DNA from: an uncultured Gammaproteobacteria bacterium
GTDB lineage: Bacteria; Patescibacteriota; Microgenomatia; JALYQM01
Reading direction: 5' to 3'
NCBI GenBank assembly: GCA_964403585.1
Contig: CAYOFQ010000001.1
Location: forward strand, 268,456 to 332,455
DNA: 64,000 bases
The position numbers were made by a program, and so were the translations under genes. Within the stretch, counting starts at the first letter, position 1; the number at the start of each line of letters is the position of its first letter. Below the pieces are notes generated by a model that saw nothing but the letters and a program-made list of their open reading frames with translations, did not search any database and was not told the DNA's origin. This document shows, piece after piece, positions 59,370-64,000 of this stretch.

Positions 59370-60290
59370 ATGCGCCAACAAAAATCTTCCAGCATGAAAC
59401 GTGATGATGGATATACCTCGGCGACTAAACAGTTAATCAAAAAGACGCTTATCGGGTTAGGAATTAGCGCACTGATAATTTTGGTTCTTGCAGTCTGGGC
59501 ATTCAAAAAGATCACCGGTCCCAAAGAAGTTGCCGAAGATCCCGAACCATCTGTAGCAGAAGTGCTGGCTGCTTCCACCGATCCTACTCCGACTGAATCA
59601 CCGTCCCCGTCACCTTCGGTAAGCAGCAGCCCGTCTGCGTCGCCCAGTGCCACTCTTACTGCTTCGCCCTCACCTTCGACAACCCTTTCGCCAAGTCCGA
59701 GCGCAACACAATCGATAAAGCCGAGTCCAACTCCGCAACCAAGTGCGTCGCCAACCGTTACACCGGGCAAAACTATTAGCTCTCAGTCCAACTTGGACGG
59801 GTATCAGTCAAGTAACGGTGCTGGGAGTACGACTGCCGAAATCAAAGTTGGCCGAAATAATAGTGGGATCAGCCGGGGATTCATCAGCTTTGATATCACC
59901 CAAATCCCCTTCGGAAGTACAGTCGACAAGACCACCCTGCGGATTTATCAAAGCGGAACTACCGGCAATCCTTACTCAATTGGCGGAGAAATAAAAATTG
60001 ATCATCTCAATTATGGCAGCACGTTTGAAAGTAGTGATTATGGTACCTCAAGTATCTCCTCAAGTTTTAGTACAATCAGCGGTAATGCAAGTGCCGGGTG
60101 GCGGGAAGTCGAAGTAACACAAAACATCAAAGGCGATCTTACCGCGGGACGGGTTCGTTCTCAATTCAGGTTACATTATGCTGTCGAACAAGTAGGAGGA
60201 TCCTCAAGTGGCGATTACGCACTTTTCGAGTCGGGAGAGAATGCCGTCGAGACAAACAACGTTCCACAACTGGTCGTGCTTTATCACTAG
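59370..60290 (+). CDS. secreted/membrane-anchored protein with N-terminal TM, Ser/Pro/Thr-rich linker and C-terminal DNRLRE-like beta-sandwich domain
   Basis: N-terminal LIGLGISALIILVLAVWAF. A ~90-aa SPSPS linker. The C-terminal domain has the pattern GY.....G......IKVGRNNSGISRGFISFDITQIPFGSTVDKTTLRIYQ, similar to DNRLRE/CBM-like carbohydrate-binding modules. No LPXTG signal. Confidence 0.4.
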   Translation: MRQQKSSSMKRDDGYTSATKQLIKKTLIGLGISALIILVLAVWAFKKITGPKEVAEDPEPSVAEVLAASTDPTPTESPSPSPSVSSSPSASPSATLTASPSPSTTLSPSPSATQSIKPSPTPQPSASPTVTPGKTISSQSNLDGYQSSNGAGSTTAEIKVGRNNSGISRGFISFDITQIPFGSTVDKTTLRIYQSGTTGNPYSIGGEIKIDHLNYGSTFESSDYGTSSISSSFSTISGNASAGWREVEVTQNIKGDLTAGRVRSQFRLHYAVEQVGGSSSGDYALFESGENAVETNNVPQLVVLYH

Positions 60291-60313
60291 GCAACCAGTG
60301 ATATACTGCTTTT

Positions 60314-60895
60314 ATGGAAATTAAGTCAGCTACTTTCATCAAGGGAATTACCGGGACTGATCCCATATTACAGGAACGGAAGCCCCACGTTGCCTTTATC
60401 GGTCGTTCAAATGTTGGTAAATCGAGCTTAATTAACTCATTGTGTCATCAAAAAAGCCTCGTCAAAGTATCTTCCCAGCCGGGGAAAACCAAACGCATTA
60501 ACTTCTTCTTAATCAATGAAAGCCATTATTTTGTTGATTTACCGGGATACGGATATGCATCGGTTTCCCAAAAAGAAGCTGAAAAGTTACGACAGTGGAT
60601 TGTCTGGTACCTGCTTACCGATGAAGTCCGGGATAAAAAAGTGGTACTGGTGCTGGATTGCAAAGTAGGAGTCACAGAGTTTGACCGCGAAGTGCTTGAA
60701 CTTATTGCGAAGAATAAAATTAGCTATACAATTGTTGCCAATAAAATCGACACGATCAAAACCAGCCAGCAAAAGGAGTATATTGAAAGAATTAAACAAC
60801 AAGTACCGGACAGTCGGTCAACAGAAATAATTATCTATTCAAGTAAAAATAACACCGGAAGGGATGCGTTAACTAAACGACTCTTTGCACAATAG
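60314..60895 (+). CDS. engB: ribosome biogenesis GTPase EngB/YsxC (YihA)
   Basis: G1 FIGRSNVGKSSLINSL. G3 DLPGYGYA. G4 NKID. The size and order are typical of EngB. Confidence 0.85.
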   Translation: MEIKSATFIKGITGTDPILQERKPHVAFIGRSNVGKSSLINSLCHQKSLVKVSSQPGKTKRINFFLINESHYFVDLPGYGYASVSQKEAEKLRQWIVWYLLTDEVRDKKVVLVLDCKVGVTEFDREVLELIAKNKISYTIVANKIDTIKTSQQKEYIERIKQQVPDSRSTEIIIYSSKNNTGRDALTKRLFAQ

Positions 60896-60898
60896 CCA

Positions 60899-61150
60899 AT
60901 GGATTTTTTTGTGTATATCCTTGAATGCTCAGACAAGACGTACTACGTCGGCAGCACCAGTAATCTTGAAAAGCGCTTACATCAGCACAATCACACCAAA
61001 AACGGCGCGCACTATACTAAAATTCGTCGCCCGGTTATTTTAAAACACCAGGAAAGCTATGCCACCTTGGCTGAAGCACGCAAAAGAGAGGCCGAGTTAA
61101 AACGCTGGAAACGGGATCGCAAGGAAAAGTTATTTAGTAAATCTGAATGA
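60899..61150 (+). CDS. GIY-YIG nuclease-domain protein (UPF0213/YhbQ-like)
   Basis: FFVYILECSDKTYYVGSTSNLEKRLHQHN matches the GIY-YIG core (YVYIL...YVGST.NL..RL..H). 83 aa. Confidence 0.75.
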   Translation: MDFFVYILECSDKTYYVGSTSNLEKRLHQHNHTKNGAHYTKIRRPVILKHQESYATLAEARKREAELKRWKRDRKEKLFSKSE

Positions 61151-61897
61151 ACTGATAATGCGCTTCGAAACATCGGTATAGGAAACACTCCCGTCATTTT
61201 CAATCTGAGTTGGCAAGTGGAGCTCAAAAACATTCCCCTTATGCTCTCCTGCAATCATAGTTCCGGTGTTAAATGCTTTAACACCATTGAGTGACATTTG
61301 AGTCACGCCGGTTTTCTTAATCTCATCTTTATAGCCATCATATTTGCTTTTGGCACTGGTCGGGAAAATGCGTATCCACGCGTAGTCTCCGTCACCAAAG
61401 TAATCTTTCGGTAAATTGCGTACTGTTCCAAATGCTAACCGCAGTTCACCATAACTGCTACGACTATATTCTTTATAACTCCACTCACTCGGTATTGTTA
61501 ACTGAAAATTAAACTCCGTATTACTGTAGTTTTGATACGTGCTGTTAGGCACTGCAACAATCGAACCGGTAGTTTTTGTGTCGGCAAGCGAATCATTAAC
61601 ACTGGATAAGGAATGTGTTGCCGATGTCACAAAATACAAAAATCCAAGCACTCCTGCACAGATAAAAATAAACACCATCACTCCCGCAGCTGCGCCCCAC
61701 CGGCTCGGATTATCCTGAATGGATGAAGCGACTGTTGTTGAGAGAGACGAAATCGACATCCCCGGATACACGGCCTGTATCGCGTGGTCAACCTGCGTGG
61801 GATCCCACCCCACTGAAGTGAGTTGCTGTCGTGTTATCTCGGCACTCGTTCCGCGAGCTGCCGAGTCTCGTACAAAGGTAATTAGTTGATCATCCAC
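61130..61897 (-). CDS. hypothetical membrane-anchored extracytoplasmic protein, start uncertain
   Basis: ORF with one TM helix (AAAGVMVFIFICAGVLGFLYFV) followed by a ~190-aa domain. The ORF-track start (61972) lies inside a terminator hairpin. A downstream in-frame start (GTG at 61897, or ATG at 61759) is more plausible. Confidence 0.4.
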   Translation of the reverse strand: MDDQLITFVRDSAARGTSAEITRQQLTSVGWDPTQVDHAIQAVYPGMSISSLSTTVASSIQDNPSRWGAAAGVMVFIFICAGVLGFLYFVTSATHSLSSVNDSLADTKTTGSIVAVPNSTYQNYSNTEFNFQLTIPSEWSYKEYSRSSYGELRLAFGTVRNLPKDYFGDGDYAWIRIFPTSAKSKYDGYKDEIKKTGVTQMSLNGVKAFNTGTMIAGEHKGNVFELHLPTQIENDGSVSYTDVSKRIISSFRFTK

Positions 61898-61928
61898 TAT
61901 CTCAACTGTAACACGAATTGAATCAGGA

Positions 61929-61963
61929 GAAAAGAAAAACCCCACCTGATTGGGGTGGGGTTT
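61929..61963 (-). terminator. rho-independent terminator (minus strand) downstream of the Hsp20 gene
   Basis: On the minus strand: CCCCACCCC-aatca-GGTGGGG followed by TTTTTCTTTTC. A GC-rich stem in an AT-rich genome, with a U-tract. Confidence 0.6.
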
Positions 61964-61984
61964 GAACAGCAAGAAATAACTAGG

Positions 61985-62395
61985 TTATTTTTTCACTTTA
62001 ATCTGTTTAGGCTGTGCAGCTTTTGATTTAGCAAATTTAACTTCCATGACACCATTTTTGCAGGTTGCTTCAGGATCTTCATTAACATCGACATCCCGTA
62101 CCGAAACCTGGTATGAAAACTCACTGGTCATTGTACGGTAATTCTTACGATCCTTCTTTTCTTCCTGTTTGGCTTTACCATGAATTTTGAGAACCCCGTT
62201 GTGAAAGGTCATTTCAACATCATCAGGATCAACCCCCGGCATTGCGGCTTCGACATAGACATATGTATCGTCTTCCGAAATCGAAAGTCCACCTGAACCT
62301 GCCGGAGTAGTTGGCCACATCTCGTCATCAAGTAAAGACGACATACGGAACGGGGAAAATTCCCAGAAAGGACGCATAACTAAATCATTAGGCAT
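61985..62395 (-). CDS. Hsp20/alpha-crystallin family small heat-shock protein
   Basis: Alpha-crystallin domain motifs: YVYVEAAMPGVDPDDVEMTFHNGVLKIHG, and C-terminal ATCKNGVMEVKFAK followed by an I/V-x-I/V-like IKV tail. Confidence 0.85.
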   Translation of the reverse strand: MPNDLVMRPFWEFSPFRMSSLLDDEMWPTTPAGSGGLSISEDDTYVYVEAAMPGVDPDDVEMTFHNGVLKIHGKAKQEEKKDRKNYRTMTSEFSYQVSVRDVDVNEDPEATCKNGVMEVKFAKSKAAQPKQIKVKK

Positions 62396-62471
62396 AATAA
62401 CCTCCTTACAAACTACTAATAAGTGTATCTAGCACTCTTTATACAACGAGTGCTAAGAGATGTCAAGAGGG

Positions 62472-62500
62472 TTATCAGGCGGTTTTTGTTCTGTTATAAT
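62472..62500 (+). promoter_or_regulatory. promoter for the UDG gene: -35 TTATCA, 17-nt spacer, extended -10 TGtTATAAT. The ATG lies only 8 nt downstream, so the mRNA is predicted to be leaderless.
   Basis: TGTTATAAT at 62492-62500. ATG at 62509. No SD is possible in the intervening 8 nt. Confidence 0.4.
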
Positions 62501-62508
62501 AGTTAAAA

Positions 62509-63114
62509 ATGAACTCGGAACAAAAAAACGACGCCCTCAGAAAAATAAAAAATGAAGTCCTCAATCTTACGTCTTCGCCCCTCTATGGCTACCGTACTAA
62601 AAATAACTTCTACCCGGTGATCGGTGAGGGAAACCACGACTCGGCCATTATGTTTATTGGTGAAGCACCCGGATTAAACGAAGCTAAAACCGCCCGTCCC
62701 TTTGTCGGCGCTGCCGGTAAATTTCTGGATGAATTGCTCGAAACCGTCGGTATTAAAAGGTCTGATGTGTACATTACGAACATCGTTAAAGACCGGCCGC
62801 CGGAAAATCGCGACCCCACCCCGCAGGAAATTGAAAGTTATGGTCATTTTCTTGACGAGCAAATAGATATCATTCAACCTAAAGTTCTCGCCACACTGGG
62901 TCGCTACTCAATGGCGTATATTATGGAAAAGTTCGGTATCTATGATGCAAACGTTCATAAAATCAGTAAAATCCACGGCCATGAATTCCCGGCTAAAGCC
63001 AGTTACGGGGAAATAAAAATTATACCCTTGTATCATCCGGCGGTTGCATTGTATAACGGGTCAAATCGGGCAGTGTTGCAGAAGGATTTTGAAATCTTCA
63101 AGAAGTTGGCGTAA
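62509..63114 (+). CDS. uracil-DNA glycosylase superfamily protein (family 4-like, lacking the N-terminal Fe-S cysteines)
   Basis: GEGNHDSAIMFIGEAPGLNEAKTARPFVGAAGKFLDELL matches the family-4 UDG motif A/B region (GEGxxxAxxMxVGEAPG...G.PFvG.AG). There are no Cys residues in the N-terminal 40 aa. Confidence 0.75.
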   Translation: MNSEQKNDALRKIKNEVLNLTSSPLYGYRTKNNFYPVIGEGNHDSAIMFIGEAPGLNEAKTARPFVGAAGKFLDELLETVGIKRSDVYITNIVKDRPPENRDPTPQEIESYGHFLDEQIDIIQPKVLATLGRYSMAYIMEKFGIYDANVHKISKIHGHEFPAKASYGEIKIIPLYHPAVALYNGSNRAVLQKDFEIFKKLA

Positions 63115-63168
63115 GCCAACAAATATTTTCACCCCACCATCTTTGATAGTCAGTTATAAAGAAAAAAT

Positions 63169-63825
63169 ATGAATTTAAATGTGCGTGAATCCGAGTTATT
63201 ATTGCCCGAATTAAAAGTGCTGGACGAATATCTTGTCTATGACGGTTGGCAAAAGGCAACAGAAGATAACAGTCGAACACTTTCCACTTTGGCAGGCGAG
63301 ATTGCTATAGACAGCTTACCTGCGATACGGCGAATTAGAGAGCTCTTTCAGGACAGTCACACCGTACCCAGAAGGAGATTAGATATCCATAGTGATCGGG
63401 TCGCCTTTGAAAATGTGCCTATTTCAATTGACGCGTTAAGTTCAGGACTGGATGTCTTGGAGCAGCTAAATATTACTTTCTTTCCGCAGATAGAAGACAT
63501 CTGTCGAAAATTAGCGGGACGGTATCGCAGGGTTGATCCGGTTGATGCGCTACTTGTAACACAGGAGGAAGTCCGTAGGAGAATTTTCTATAACTGGAAT
63601 GCTGACGGACGTTCAAGTGAGGAACTGGCATGGAACTTAACTGGGTTCGTTAAGATAGCTTTCAAATACGCCAGTTCAGACCTCATACGGCTCGATCGTG
63701 CAGCCTCATCTGATAGCGAGGTATCCATTGACTTTGACCTTGTTGGAACAGGCCGTACTTCAGGAACATACAACGACGTTTACAGCCGGTCAAACGAATT
63801 CTGGGGTATTACGGGCAGTCGGTAG
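63169..63825 (+). CDS. hypothetical protein (218 aa)
   Basis: ORF only. Acidic, non-membrane. No recognisable motif. Confidence 0.35.
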   Translation: MNLNVRESELLLPELKVLDEYLVYDGWQKATEDNSRTLSTLAGEIAIDSLPAIRRIRELFQDSHTVPRRRLDIHSDRVAFENVPISIDALSSGLDVLEQLNITFFPQIEDICRKLAGRYRRVDPVDALLVTQEEVRRRIFYNWNADGRSSEELAWNLTGFVKIAFKYASSDLIRLDRAASSDSEVSIDFDLVGTGRTSGTYNDVYSRSNEFWGITGSR

Positions 63826-64000
63826 ATAGTCTAAGTTATTACCAAGTCATGGGGTACATAGGTCAACTTGATTTGTATCGCCAGGTTGCAGTAATGAAAA
63901 AAATGGGATACTTCCACCCAGAGGAAACAATGGCTGATCATTACAAACGACTCAATTTAAGTGAGAAGTCTACTAGTGAGGACTTTAAGTTTGCTTTATT

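Overview
The window is AT-rich (roughly 40-42% GC), densely coded and bacterial, with standard-code ORFs. It looks like a small-genome bacterium with a Gram-positive-type envelope, possibly Patescibacteria/CPR-like. Evidence for that: a sortase-type LPXTG-like signal, a type IV pilin, giant surface proteins and a C-terminally truncated AlaRS. This taxonomic guess is inference only.

Layout of the window:
- 1-14.7 kb: a cell-envelope glycan biosynthesis operon. It contains an SDR epimerase/dehydratase, two SAM methyltransferases, a GT2, a DegT-type sugar aminotransferase, a WecD-like N-acetyltransferase and five polytopic GT-C/YfhO-like membrane proteins.
- 14.7-26.6 kb: housekeeping genes. These are alaS, an HD hydrolase, an LPXTG-like surface protein, lysS fused to a B3/4 domain, a PLD-like HKD protein, an NRAMP transporter, mscL and a Wzy/O-antigen-ligase-TPR protein.
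- 26.6-33.1 kb, minus strand: an F1Fo ATP synthase operon, atpC-atpD-atpG-atpA-atpH-atpF. An unusual 252-aa gene sits where atpE/atpB would be, and a type IV pilin gene lies upstream of it.
- 33.2-58.3 kb: the most striking block. It holds a 3593-aa Gly/Ser/Thr/Asn-rich modular giant surface protein, two tandem paralogous LamG_3-repeat giant proteins (1581 and ~1907 aa), which share a conserved promoter-like leader, and then two paralogous polytopic membrane proteins, one with CPBP-protease-like motifs.
- 58.3-64 kb: an NrnA-like DHH phosphoesterase, a PST-rich secreted protein, engB, a GIY-YIG protein, Hsp20, a family-4-like UDG and hypotheticals.

I recognised no rRNA, tRNA, CRISPR array, transposase or integrase.
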